Positions 9,757 to 18,848 of a DNA stretch of 51,282 nucleotides are shown here, piece by piece. Source of the stretch: Chloroflexota bacterium (lineage in GTDB: Bacteria > Chloroflexota > Dehalococcoidia > Lucifugimonadales > UBA3495). The DNA is taken from contig JACZYV010000001.1 in assembly GCA_022570905.1 (NCBI GenBank), positions 1 to 51,282 on the forward strand, written 5' to 3'. The position numbers were made by a program, and so were the translations under genes. Positions within the stretch are counted from its first letter, which is position 1. Every line of letters starts with the position of its first letter. The notes beneath the pieces are model-generated. The model did not search any database, had not been told where the DNA came from, and saw only the letters and a program-made list of their open reading frames with translations.

Positions 9757-11055
9757 ATGGCCCAAGGCCCGTGGGTTGAGAATTGGAGCCAATGGGACCT
9801 CCTGAAGCTGAATTCATTTAGCTTTGGGATAACCGGGTTCATCCTGGCCATGGACACGGTGGTCCTACCCGTCATCGTGCTGACGGTAGCGCCGGAAGAG
9901 TTCAAGAACACCTACCTGGCGGTCCTGGGGATCAGTGGCCTGCTCATGGCGGCCATGGTGCAACCAACCATCGGACGCATCAGCGACCGCACCCAATCTC
10001 CGTTGGGCCGCAGGATCCCATTTATCTTGTGGGGATCCGTGTTCGCCGCGTTGGGCCTGATCGGTGTGCGGCTGGCGCCCAACTTTACCGTCCTGTTCGC
10101 GGTCTGGATATTCATTCAGGCCAACGTGAATATCGCCTATGGGCCTGGGTTGGCGCTGATCCGAGACTACGTGCCACTGAACCGCATCGGTATGGCGTCG
10201 TCCATGAAGATCATGTCCGACGCGGCCGGGGCAGCGGTGATGATTGCCATCACCGGCGCATTGATCGGAAAGACCGCGTCGTCACTCGACTGGGAATGGA
10301 TCGCACTGGGGATACTTGCCTTTCTCTTGATGGTCGCCATTTCCATCACTTCGGTCCAGATATCACGCCGGGAATTACGTTCTCCGTTAAAATCACAGAG
10401 GCACGATGTCGAGTCGTCCTTGCGCTCGGCGCTGAGCCCGCAATTGGGATTATTTTTAGCGTCACGGCTGGTGATGATCACCGCCATAGCATCATTCCAA
10501 ACCTACGGGCTTTTCTTTCTTCGGGACTCTGTGGGGTTGGAAAATCCGGCTGCGGCGATGGGCCGCATGATCTTAGTGATCGGTGGGGCCTTGGCCATCG
10601 CGGTGTATATATCTGGATTGGTATCTGACCGGGTGGGCAGGAAGCCGGTGGTCTTGGCCGGAGCCATCGGCGCGGCCCTCAGCGCCCTGTGGATGCTGAC
10701 GGCCAACGATTCCACGCAGGTATTGATCATCGCCAGCGTGATCGGCGCTTCCGTGGGAGTTTTGCTGAGCGCGAACTGGGCGTTGGCCAACGAGCTGGCG
10801 GATGAAAGCCATGCCGGATTACACATGGGTATCGTGAACCTGGCGACCATCGGCGGCTCCGCCACCGCCAAGCTGCTGGGGCCTGGAATCGACGCTCTGA
10901 ACCGGATCCCCGGACGGCCCGACGACTTCGGTTACCAGGTACTGATCGCCGGGTCCGCGGCGTTCTTCATCATCGGCGCAGTGTTGTTGATGCCGCTAAA
11001 AACCATTGGACGAGAGCCTGTGTCCAGAGACGCGGGCCCGCCGCCGGCATCTTAG
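9757..11055 (+). CDS. MFS transporter
   Basis: 432-aa polytopic ORF with motif-A-like loops ISDRTQSPLGRRIPF and VSDRVGRKPVVL. Confidence 0.85.
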   Translation: MAQGPWVENWSQWDLLKLNSFSFGITGFILAMDTVVLPVIVLTVAPEEFKNTYLAVLGISGLLMAAMVQPTIGRISDRTQSPLGRRIPFILWGSVFAALGLIGVRLAPNFTVLFAVWIFIQANVNIAYGPGLALIRDYVPLNRIGMASSMKIMSDAAGAAVMIAITGALIGKTASSLDWEWIALGILAFLLMVAISITSVQISRRELRSPLKSQRHDVESSLRSALSPQLGLFLASRLVMITAIASFQTYGLFFLRDSVGLENPAAAMGRMILVIGGALAIAVYISGLVSDRVGRKPVVLAGAIGAALSALWMLTANDSTQVLIIASVIGASVGVLLSANWALANELADESHAGLHMGIVNLATIGGSATAKLLGPGIDALNRIPGRPDDFGYQVLIAGSAAFFIIGAVLLMPLKTIGREPVSRDAGPPPAS

Positions 11056-11107
11056 CCCGAGCGAATCCGGTCCCGGGCATTTCTGGCGATCGAATTAACT
11101 CCGCCGG

Positions 11108-11863
11108 TTAACGGGCGTTCCCGGCTTTCTTCACGAACTCGGCGGCGCCCCTGGCCACCCAGGCGTTCCATGATGTCATCAAGAACTGGACACCTTTTTG
11201 GACATAGGCTTCCAAGTTGCCGTCGTTTACCAATGTCCCCGCCACCTTGCCTGACCCGGTTATCTTGGCGATGGCGTCGTCAATGGCCTTCAGGACGTCC
11301 GGGTGACCAGCGTCGCCGATGTGACCCATGGTCTGTGAAAGGTCCGACGGAGCAATGAAAAAAACGTCGATTTCAGGCACGGTCAGGATCTCGTCCAGGT
11401 TGGCCAGGGCCTCCACTTCTTCCAGGAGCACGACAACCATTGTCTGGCCGTTGGCCTGATGGAAGTAGTCGCCAACCCCGAACGACTGGCGGCCGCCGAA
11501 CATTCCCCGGTACCCCAATGGCGCGTATTTCATGGACTGGGCCGCTTGTTCGGCGGCCTCCCGGGAATTTACGTGGGGCACAACGATGCCCATGGAACCC
11601 CGGTCTAAGGTGCGGGTGATCAGCCCCGGATCGTTGGAGTTGACCCTGGTGATGGACGCCATCTCCCATAGATCGCAAGCCCTGGTCATATCACCCAAGG
11701 CGTCCCAGTCCACCGATCCGTGCTCACATTCGATCCACGCGGCATCGAACCCCATCGGTCCCAAAAAATCGATGATGTCGCTGCTCTGCAGCCCGGAGAT
11801 CACAGTGATGATCTCCCCGTTCTGTAATTTTTGCTTAGCTCTGTTCACTCTTATTGACGCCAC
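11108..11863 (-). CDS. HpcH/HpaI family aldolase (2-keto-3-deoxy-acid aldolase)
   Basis: WIECEHGS, VVPHVNSREAAEQA and FFIAPSDLS blocks typical of the HpcH_HpaI family. GTG start is preceded by AGGAGGA with a 5-nt spacer. Confidence 0.85.
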   Translation of the reverse strand: MASIRVNRAKQKLQNGEIITVISGLQSSDIIDFLGPMGFDAAWIECEHGSVDWDALGDMTRACDLWEMASITRVNSNDPGLITRTLDRGSMGIVVPHVNSREAAEQAAQSMKYAPLGYRGMFGGRQSFGVGDYFHQANGQTMVVVLLEEVEALANLDEILTVPEIDVFFIAPSDLSQTMGHIGDAGHPDVLKAIDDAIAKITGSGKVAGTLVNDGNLEAYVQKGVQFLMTSWNAWVARGAAEFVKKAGNAR

Positions 11864-11980
11864 GCCGGTCCTCCTGATTCACTGGATTCGCGCCGCCTCC
11901 TGGCAATGCCCGTAGCGGCGAGCCTGGTCATTTTGCCATCGAGGGTGAAAATATACAAATCTTGGCGGGGCGGGTCCTGG

Positions 11981-13828
11981 TCACCGCTCCCAATCAGGGG
12001 CGCTATCGGCTGAGCCATGGTTGGTCAGGTTCGTCTGAAAGGAACCGTCCGAGCTCATCCGGTAGATCTCGTCGTTGCCATCCCGGTTGCTGTGAAAGAT
12101 GATCTGAGAGCCGGTTGAATTCCAAGTGGGAGCGCTGTTTACAGTGCCGTTGTTGGTCAACTGGTAGGCTCCAGAACCGTCGGAGTTCATCAGGTAAATC
12201 TCCCAGGAGCCGCTACGGTCGGAGGCGAACGCGATATTGGCCCCGTTGGGCGACCATGCCGGACCGGCGTCCGCTGCGGCATCATTGGTCAGGTTAAGCG
12301 CCCCGGCGCCGTCGGCGTCCATCACGTAGATCTCGCTGTTTCCATCGCGTTCTGAAACAAAGACGATCTTGGACCCGTCGGGTGACCAGGCGGGGAAGTT
12401 GTCCGCGGCGTCCACGGCCGTCAAACGCTGTTGATTTGAGCCGTCCGCGTTCATCACATATATCTCGTCGTTTCCATCGTTGGCTGAGGTATAGGCGATC
12501 TGACCTCCGGATGGAGAGCAGGCCGGCGCGAAGTCCGCGGCAGGCCCATCCGTGAGCCTGGTCTGACCGGCCCCGTCCATTGACATGATAAAGATATTCA
12601 GATCGCCATCCCGGTCCGAGGCAAACGCCAGAGCTCCCCCGCCACACCACGAGGGTCCCGTGTCCGATGCCGGATTATTGGTGAGGTTCACCGGGTTGTA
12701 ACCGTCCAGACCCATGATCATGACTTCGAAGTTTCCGCTTCGGTTGGACTGGAACGCTATGCGGCCTCCGGGGACATAGGGAAGCGGCGTGGCCGTCGGC
12801 GTCGGTGCCGGGGTTGGAGGTGGCGCGGGAACAGGCGTTGGCACCGGGATTGCTGTCGGCGTGGGTACGGGAGTCGGCGTCGGTGCCGGGGTTGCCGTCG
12901 GCGTCGGGAGCGGGGCTGTGGTTGGCGTGGGAATGGGCGTCGGCGGTAGAACTGGCACGGCAGTCGGCGTGGCAGTGGACGTAGGCACTGGGATAGGGCT
13001 TGCAGTCGGCTCTGGCGCTGCGGTTGGCGTCAGGGTGGGCGAAGGATTCGGCGTCGGCAGCGCGGTCGCGGTGGGCACGGAGATGGGGAATGCGGCCGCT
13101 GGCGTCGCCAAAGTTGGTTCAGGTGCTATTGCAGCTTCACTGTCGTCCGGGACCCCCGCCTCAGCGCCGGTTGTTTCCTGACTGGGACTGGGAGGAGCAG
13201 CAACAGCAGATGGGCCAACAGTGAGCACGAACCGGCTCAGGCTAGCCACCTGGGCCATGACAGTGGACTCGAGTGGGTCGGCGGTAGTCGGCAAAACGTC
13301 CCAGGACAGGGCCTGGTCAAGATAGTGTTGGATGAAGAACCGAGAGTAATCGTTTCCGGCTAACGCCAGCTCCTCCGGCCCGATACCCACGGTGATTGAT
13401 ACCATCTGCTGAAATTCGACCGGACCACCTACAGGGCCTGCTGAGCGTGCCGACAACTCGAAGAAGCGACCGGCACTGATGTATCCCCGAGGCAGGCTGG
13501 GGGTCCCGGACGGCCCGGACTCTCGGTAATCGAGGATAATCGGGGAAGAAACAGAACCCGCTGGGATAGTCACCGCCACTCGGCCGTCGGCAGAGCGAAC
13601 CTCTACGTCGTCTCTTCCGGTGATCAAAACCCCCACGGGTCCAAGAAGCAGGGCGTCCAGCGCGTTCCTGCTGTCCGTTGACGGCTTCAAAGAAAGCACA
13701 CCAAAGAAGATCAGGCCGGCGAGGAGACCACCAAGCAGGACAAGAGGCAAGATGGCGAAAATCGCCAGGTCGGGAATTGGCCCGAACCGGCCGTCTCTGG
13801 ATGGCCGGCGTGATTCGCGCTCAAACAT
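11981..13828 (-). CDS. Membrane-anchored TolB-like PD40 beta-propeller protein with a long Pro/Thr linker
   Basis: N-terminal TM helix (AIFAILPLVLLGGLLAGLIFFGVL), Pro/Thr-rich residues about 208-350, then about 6 PD40 repeats (e.g. SPDGSKIVFVSERDGNSEIYVMDADG). Confidence 0.8.
   Translation of the reverse strand: MFERESRRPSRDGRFGPIPDLAIFAILPLVLLGGLLAGLIFFGVLSLKPSTDSRNALDALLLGPVGVLITGRDDVEVRSADGRVAVTIPAGSVSSPIILDYRESGPSGTPSLPRGYISAGRFFELSARSAGPVGGPVEFQQMVSITVGIGPEELALAGNDYSRFFIQHYLDQALSWDVLPTTADPLESTVMAQVASLSRFVLTVGPSAVAAPPSPSQETTGAEAGVPDDSEAAIAPEPTLATPAAAFPISVPTATALPTPNPSPTLTPTAAPEPTASPIPVPTSTATPTAVPVLPPTPIPTPTTAPLPTPTATPAPTPTPVPTPTAIPVPTPVPAPPPTPAPTPTATPLPYVPGGRIAFQSNRSGNFEVMIMGLDGYNPVNLTNNPASDTGPSWCGGGALAFASDRDGDLNIFIMSMDGAGQTRLTDGPAADFAPACSPSGGQIAYTSANDGNDEIYVMNADGSNQQRLTAVDAADNFPAWSPDGSKIVFVSERDGNSEIYVMDADGAGALNLTNDAAADAGPAWSPNGANIAFASDRSGSWEIYLMNSDGSGAYQLTNNGTVNSAPTWNSTGSQIIFHSNRDGNDEIYRMSSDGSFQTNLTNHGSADSAPDWER
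12779..13207 (-). repeat. Low-complexity GC-rich DNA encoding the PT-rich linker
   Basis: Degenerate repeated GGCGTCGG/GGTGCCGG-type units on the + strand translate on the - strand to (P/T/A/V)n, e.g. PTPTATPAPTPTPVPTPTAIPVPTPVP. Confidence 0.8.
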
Positions 13829-14041
13829 AACCTAGTCACCCAAGCTGACCTACTCAGCGCCATGAAGAGTGGCCAGGCAAACAACAGCAGAAATCCTCGG
13901 AATCGTACGCCGGGCGCCCCTGGGTTTGGTTTTCAGACACTCATACGTTCTTGAGTGTGCTCCACCGTCATAGATCTGACAGATCTGAGCCGCTTCCACA
14001 GATGTTTTGCGCTATCTAAGCCCCGATGGCAACGGCCAGTG

Positions 14042-14770
14042 TCACAGATCTGAGACGGAAAACTCGATGGGCAAGCCGTCAAGGTCTATCACTGTCTCTC
14101 CGCCATCTTGGCTTCCCTTTTGGACCAACAGAATGGTCATGCAGGCTTCGGCGTTGGACAATTCAGCTTCTTTGGCCAATTGGTGGAAGTACCCGGTCCC
14201 GCGCAAAGCCTTGGGCTTGGGCTCCAGCCGAAGGATGAAATCGACCACCTCGTCTGCGTCGTTCACGACATATGGCACTTTGGCTTCGACGCCGTTGCCT
14301 TCAAACTGGATATTATAGACCGAATTTTGCTGGTCTCCGATGCCTTTAAGCAGCCTGATGTCGGCGAGAACGAACCGGTTGGAAACGCGGTACATCTCTT
14401 TCAGCATCGCTTGGTAATTGGGTTCGTTGTTGAAAACACTGGTGCAGTGGACTAAGTCGAAGGTGTTGTCCTCAAAGGCCAACTCAAAACCCTCGGTAAG
14501 TAGGAACGTAGCCTCGGGATATCTCTTCCGGGCCATTTCCAGGGCTACATTCGACAGATCGACCCCGGTGTATTCGATCGATGGCTCGTAGGAGCGCATG
14601 ATGTTGAAGAAGCCCCCAGAGGCACAGCCCACATCGAGTATCTTGGCGCCGGGGAATAGGACGCGGGGGAGGAATACTGTTTCAGACGGATAAAGGTCCG
14701 AGACCTCGTGGCGATGTTGAAAGTAATAATCCAGGGCGCTTTGCTGGGACCATTCTTCGGCCGTGCTCAA
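14042..14770 (-). CDS. Class I SAM-dependent methyltransferase
   Basis: Motif I ILDVGCASGGF. TTG start is preceded by CAGGAGAC with a 5-nt spacer. GC is visibly lower than the flanks. Confidence 0.85.
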   Translation of the reverse strand: MSTAEEWSQQSALDYYFQHRHEVSDLYPSETVFLPRVLFPGAKILDVGCASGGFFNIMRSYEPSIEYTGVDLSNVALEMARKRYPEATFLLTEGFELAFEDNTFDLVHCTSVFNNEPNYQAMLKEMYRVSNRFVLADIRLLKGIGDQQNSVYNIQFEGNGVEAKVPYVVNDADEVVDFILRLEPKPKALRGTGYFHQLAKEAELSNAEACMTILLVQKGSQDGGETVIDLDGLPIEFSVSDL

Positions 14771-14832
14771 TGAAGTCTCCTGTTTATTTTTAACGGCGCG
14801 CGACCCTTAACGGCCGCACCGGTCCAACGCAG

Positions 14833-15588
14833 CTAACTTACTACGGCGGAGGCCGGGGCGAACATCTTTTCCGCATCGCGGAGGTCGTTCAAGGTATCGA
14901 TCTCGGCCCATTTCTTATTTCCGGTATTCATCACTGCCATGTTCATCCGTCCGGAGCCGATGAGGTTTGCGAAGACCGCCTCGTAATACAGGTCGGACCG
15001 GCCTTCATCGAGGAATTCCTCCATCTTTGGGATGATGCATTCCACCAAAGATTCTCTGGAAAGACGATAGATATTAACGGTCTTCAGGGCGGAGCCGTAG
15101 TCGAACCCCGGTCCTTGAGCCGACTTGAGAACCATCGACTTCACAAGGCCGCCGTCGGCCAGAATGAGTGTGCCGTCCATATGTGGCTGGAATCGGTCCA
15201 CAATGGCCACATTTTGTTCATCCATACGCACCAGTTGACTGACCAATTGGTCGTCGAACACCAGGTCTCCTTCCAGGAGGAGTACGTCGTCGTCTAATTC
15301 CGCCTTGGCCAGCCAAAAAGAGTAGAGGTTGTTAGTTTCGGCGTAGATCTTATTCTCCACATAGGACAGACTGACGCCCCGGTAGGTGGCTCCGAAATGG
15401 CCGCGAACGGATTCGGCCATGTATCCCACCACGATCGTGCAATTATCGACACCGGCCCTTTTCAGCGCGTCTAGTTGATACTCCATCATCGGCCTGCCAG
15501 CCACGTGGACCATGCACTTTGGGCATGTACGAGTCAGAGGATCGAGCCGCGTGCCCATCCCCGCGGATAGTATAAATCCCTTCATCAT
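14833..15588 (-). CDS. LicC-like nucleotidyltransferase (phospho-aminoalcohol/phosphonate cytidylyltransferase family)
   Basis: ILSAGMGTRLDPLT P-loop plus blocks recalled from pneumococcal LicC: YAETNNLYSFWLAK, DLYYEAVF, WAEIDTLNDL. Its ATG directly abuts the upstream TAG stop (TAGATG). Confidence 0.8.
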   Translation of the reverse strand: MMKGFILSAGMGTRLDPLTRTCPKCMVHVAGRPMMEYQLDALKRAGVDNCTIVVGYMAESVRGHFGATYRGVSLSYVENKIYAETNNLYSFWLAKAELDDDVLLLEGDLVFDDQLVSQLVRMDEQNVAIVDRFQPHMDGTLILADGGLVKSMVLKSAQGPGFDYGSALKTVNIYRLSRESLVECIIPKMEEFLDEGRSDLYYEAVFANLIGSGRMNMAVMNTGNKKWAEIDTLNDLRDAEKMFAPASAVVS

Positions 15589-16698
15589 CTACCTCGCTTC
15601 AACGGCTTCGATCTTTCCTGTTTCAGTGAATTTCGTAAGCCGCATGAGCGCGTCCACCAAACGCGCGTTGTCTTCTTCGGTCCGGCAGGCTATCCGTATG
15701 AAATTGTCTTCCAGGCCTTCTTTCGACCCGCAGTCGTTGACCAGGACCCGGCAGTCCTCAAATAGCCGTTCGGCGAGCTCCTTTCCAGTGAACCCGTACG
15801 ATATCCAACAGAGGACGAAATTGCCCTGCGTGGGGTATGGATACAGGTAGGGGACCGCTTCCAGGCCTCGGACCAAACTCTTAGTTGCTTCTCTAACCTG
15901 GCGGCAAGACTCTGTGTATTCACGCTGGTAATGGCCCATCTCCTCAAGGAAAAACTGGGCGAATGAATTGACGCTCCAGATTGGCAGGTCACTCCGCAGG
16001 TCAGCCAGCCTTTCTGCGTTTCCGGTGGCCGCATAACCAAGCCGAATGCCCGGTATGCCGCAGTTCTTCGATAGGCTCTTCAAGACCAACAGGTTCGGGT
16101 ATTCGCCAAGCAGGTCCAAGGCCGAAGGATTGGGCTCCGCGTCAACAAAGTCCAAGAAAGACTCGTCCACCAATACCAAGTTGAGAGACTTCATGCGGTC
16201 TAGGAAATAGACTAGGTCGCTCTTCGACAGGTAACTACCCGTGGGGTTGTTTGGGCGGATGAGGAGTGCGGAGTCTGATTCCGTATCTCTTACATGATCG
16301 ATGAACTCATCAATGTCCAGATCAAAACGCTGAGATGGCTTGAAGGAACAGACCTCCCGTCCCAGAAACTTGGCGCGGTTCACGAATTCCTCGAATGTGG
16401 GAACGGGCACCGCCAGCCGGTGCACATAGCGCGCCACCACTGCGTTGATCAACTCACTGGCGCCGTTTCCCACCACCAATTCGTTTTCAGTCAGGCCAAC
16501 GTGTTTGGCCAATAAAGATGAAAGATACCAATTAGTAGATGGGTAACTGCCGATCAGTTCGGGCAATCTCGCCTGCATGTCTTCAATCATCTGGCGCGGC
16601 GGGAAATACCGGTTGGTCATATAGCAAAAATCTTGTACATTATGGCTCCAAAACCCCCCGTAAAGGGAGGAAAGGCGGCTCATTTCTTGCGTTTTCAT
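15589..16698 (-). CDS. Class I/II PLP-dependent enzyme, HisC/CobD-like (aminotransferase or phospho-amino-acid decarboxylase)
   Basis: RPNNPTG and SLSKNCGIPGIRLGY (PLP-lysine block of the HisC/CobD subfamily). ATG 16698 (MKTQEM) with GAGGA 4 nt upstream is preferred over the track's TTG at 16743. Confidence 0.8.
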   Translation of the reverse strand: MKTQEMSRLSSLYGGFWSHNVQDFCYMTNRYFPPRQMIEDMQARLPELIGSYPSTNWYLSSLLAKHVGLTENELVVGNGASELINAVVARYVHRLAVPVPTFEEFVNRAKFLGREVCSFKPSQRFDLDIDEFIDHVRDTESDSALLIRPNNPTGSYLSKSDLVYFLDRMKSLNLVLVDESFLDFVDAEPNPSALDLLGEYPNLLVLKSLSKNCGIPGIRLGYAATGNAERLADLRSDLPIWSVNSFAQFFLEEMGHYQREYTESCRQVREATKSLVRGLEAVPYLYPYPTQGNFVLCWISYGFTGKELAERLFEDCRVLVNDCGSKEGLEDNFIRIACRTEEDNARLVDALMRLTKFTETGKIEAVEAR

Positions 16699-16868
16699 AG
16701 TGTCCTCATTTGGGTACGGCAACCGTGTGCGAAAAATAGTCAAACAAGTATTGCCGTACGGATGGGATCCGGTTTTGATCGGGAATGAGTCCGGATAGCT
16801 AGCAGGCCGAATCGAGTGATTATACTGGGGTGGGGCGTACCGTCAAGGAAAATGTGCTGAAAGATTAG

Positions 16869-17111
16869 CTAGTAGAAGGAAAGGGGGCAGGTGGAAATAT
16901 TCCTAAGGTTGGTGACAAAGCTCTCGTCAGAGTCGTATTTATTCATGATTGGTCTCCATGTATCGGCCACTGATCCGTGGCGGTGGCGCCGATACCGCAG
17001 GTCGTGGCAATAATACCAGGCACCAAATCGGTAGTCAAACGGCAAGACGTCTCTCAAACGAGCGTGTGATGGATGGGCCGCCATCATGAACATCCGGACG
17101 TTATTGACCAT
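16869..17111 (-). CDS. Hypothetical small protein (80 aa), possibly a gene remnant
   Basis: It is the only ORF in a low-GC 0.5-kb gap. No SD and no recognisable motif (His/Arg/Tyr-rich WYYCHDLRYRRHRH). Confidence 0.25.
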   Translation of the reverse strand: MVNNVRMFMMAAHPSHARLRDVLPFDYRFGAWYYCHDLRYRRHRHGSVADTWRPIMNKYDSDESFVTNLRNISTCPLSFY

Positions 17112-17154
17112 CCTGTTGCATCGCCAAGGAGGCTGTTTCGACGCCTGCCGCAGG

Positions 17155-17184
17155 TTGACAATCCTTGGCCCCAGAACACAAAAT
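17155..17184 (+). promoter_or_regulatory. Candidate sigma70-type promoter for the alpha/beta hydrolase gene
   Basis: TTGACA (17155-17160), 18-nt spacer, CAAAAT (17179-17184), about 50 nt upstream of ATG 17237. Confidence 0.35.
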
Positions 17185-17236
17185 CAGGGCGGCCACCCCT
17201 CATGCGGGCCGAATAACCCTCGGCAGGAGTAACTCC

Positions 17237-18034
17237 ATGTCCACCAGTTCCTTAACTTGGACGGAAGGAACAACTCAGATCGGCGGCGCCGGTCTCCATA
17301 TCATTCAGGGCGGCAACGGCGACCCATTATTGGTGCTTCACGACGAGATGGGGCGGACCGCCCCCCTTCGCTACGCGGAAGCGTTGGCCCAAGACTCCAC
17401 TCTCCACCTGCCGGCCCATCCCGGGTTTGGCGTCACCGACCGGCTGGACTGGATTATGAGCGTCCGCGACCTGGCCAGTTGGTATTTGCGTGCGCTGGAG
17501 GAGCTGGGCCTGGAACGGGTCAACGTATTGGGCTTTTCTTTGGGCGGCTGGCTCGCGGCCGAGATGGCCTGCCAATCCCCCCAGACGTTCAAGAAGATGG
17601 CCCTGGTGGCCCCGGCCGGTATCAAACCCCCCACGGGCGAGATTCTCGACATGTTCTTGATCGTGGCCAAAGAATACCTGGAAGTGGGCGTCCTGGACGC
17701 CGGTTCGACCCCGGAGTACCCAACTATCTGCCCTGAGGAAGCAAGTCCGGAACAGGTGGAACTCTGGGAGTGCGCCAGGGAAGAGGCCGCCCGCCTCGCC
17801 TGGCGTCCCTACATGTACCACCCGGCCCTGCCTCATCTGTTGGGCCGCTTAAAGGAACTGCCGACACTCTTGGTCTGGGGAGAACAGGACGGGGTGATAC
17901 CGGTCAGCGCCGGCGAGTTGTACCAGCAGTCGATCCAGGGCGCGCGCCTTGAGATCATTTCCAACTGTGGCCACCACCCCGAGCTTGAACAGACCGATGA
18001 ATTTGTGGGGCTAGTCCGTAGTTTCTTCGCCTGA
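17237..18034 (+). CDS. Alpha/beta hydrolase
   Basis: Nucleophile elbow LGFSLGGWLA and C-terminal NCGHHPELE (catalytic His region). ATG 17237 is preceded by AGGAG with a 7-nt spacer and is preferred over TTG 17165. Confidence 0.85.
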   Translation: MSTSSLTWTEGTTQIGGAGLHIIQGGNGDPLLVLHDEMGRTAPLRYAEALAQDSTLHLPAHPGFGVTDRLDWIMSVRDLASWYLRALEELGLERVNVLGFSLGGWLAAEMACQSPQTFKKMALVAPAGIKPPTGEILDMFLIVAKEYLEVGVLDAGSTPEYPTICPEEASPEQVELWECAREEAARLAWRPYMYHPALPHLLGRLKELPTLLVWGEQDGVIPVSAGELYQQSIQGARLEIISNCGHHPELEQTDEFVGLVRSFFA

Positions 18035-18164
18035 TGCCCCCGCGTTCCGCCGGTTATCAAGGGGCCGGGGCTGTCCGGTCGCGCCGGGTCGAATGTTAGC
18101 GACTCATAACGTAGTATGATTCTCGCGTACTCTATCCACGGATATAGCCGTGCCGGAGGGCGCT

Positions 18165-18764
18165 ATGGACGCTGCTTATCCAGTATCCCTAGAGGGTGAA
18201 CTCGACCCAAACCTCAGCCGGTGGCTGTGGCTGGTGAAATGGTTTTTAGCCATCCCCCACTACATCGTGATTCTGTTCTTGTGGATCGCATTCGTAGTTT
18301 TAACGGTGGTGGCATTCTTCGCCATCCTGTTTACCGGAAAATACCCCAAAGGCATATTCGATTTCAACGTGGGGGTCTTGCGGTGGACGTGGCGGGTCGG
18401 ATATTACAGTTACAGCGCTCTCGGGACAGACAGGTATCCACCATTTTCCCTTAAAGCCGTGGATTATCCGGCGACGTTTGACGTCGAATACCCGGAACAA
18501 CTCTCCCGCGGCCTCGTCCTTGTTAAATGGTGGTTGCTGGCGGTCCCGCATTACATCGTTGTCAGCATTTTCCACGGGGGATTACAAAACGGCGGGCTAA
18601 ACACCGTGGTCGTCTTCTTCGCAGCCGTTACGCTGTTGTTTACCGGACGTTATCCGGTGAGCATATTCGAGCTTGTAATGGGCTTCAACCGGTGGGCATT
18701 CCGTGTCACGGCGTATGCCAGCCTGATGAGAGACGAGTATCCACCTTTCCGCTTCAGTCCGTAG
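18165..18764 (+). CDS. DUF4389-type membrane protein (two tandem repeats)
   Basis: Two copies of the pattern W(L/W)L..PHYIV......FFA(I/A)..LFTG(K/R)YP..IF.......RW..RV, characteristic of DUF4389. GGAGG lies 5 nt before ATG 18165; GTG 18150 is an alternative start. Confidence 0.75.
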   Translation: MDAAYPVSLEGELDPNLSRWLWLVKWFLAIPHYIVILFLWIAFVVLTVVAFFAILFTGKYPKGIFDFNVGVLRWTWRVGYYSYSALGTDRYPPFSLKAVDYPATFDVEYPEQLSRGLVLVKWWLLAVPHYIVVSIFHGGLQNGGLNTVVVFFAAVTLLFTGRYPVSIFELVMGFNRWAFRVTAYASLMRDEYPPFRFSP

Positions 18765-18848
18765 CGGGATTACATACGGGTTCGCCAAAGGCGCTACGCG
18801 TACTGGATTTTAGCGTCCCGTTCCAGCCTCGTCTTGTCGTCCCGGCGA

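Noticed and set aside
12779-13207. Repetitive GC-rich DNA that superficially looks like a tandem-repeat or CRISPR-like array
   Set aside because: The units are degenerate, have no unique spacers and lie in frame inside a long ORF, where they encode a Pro/Thr linker.
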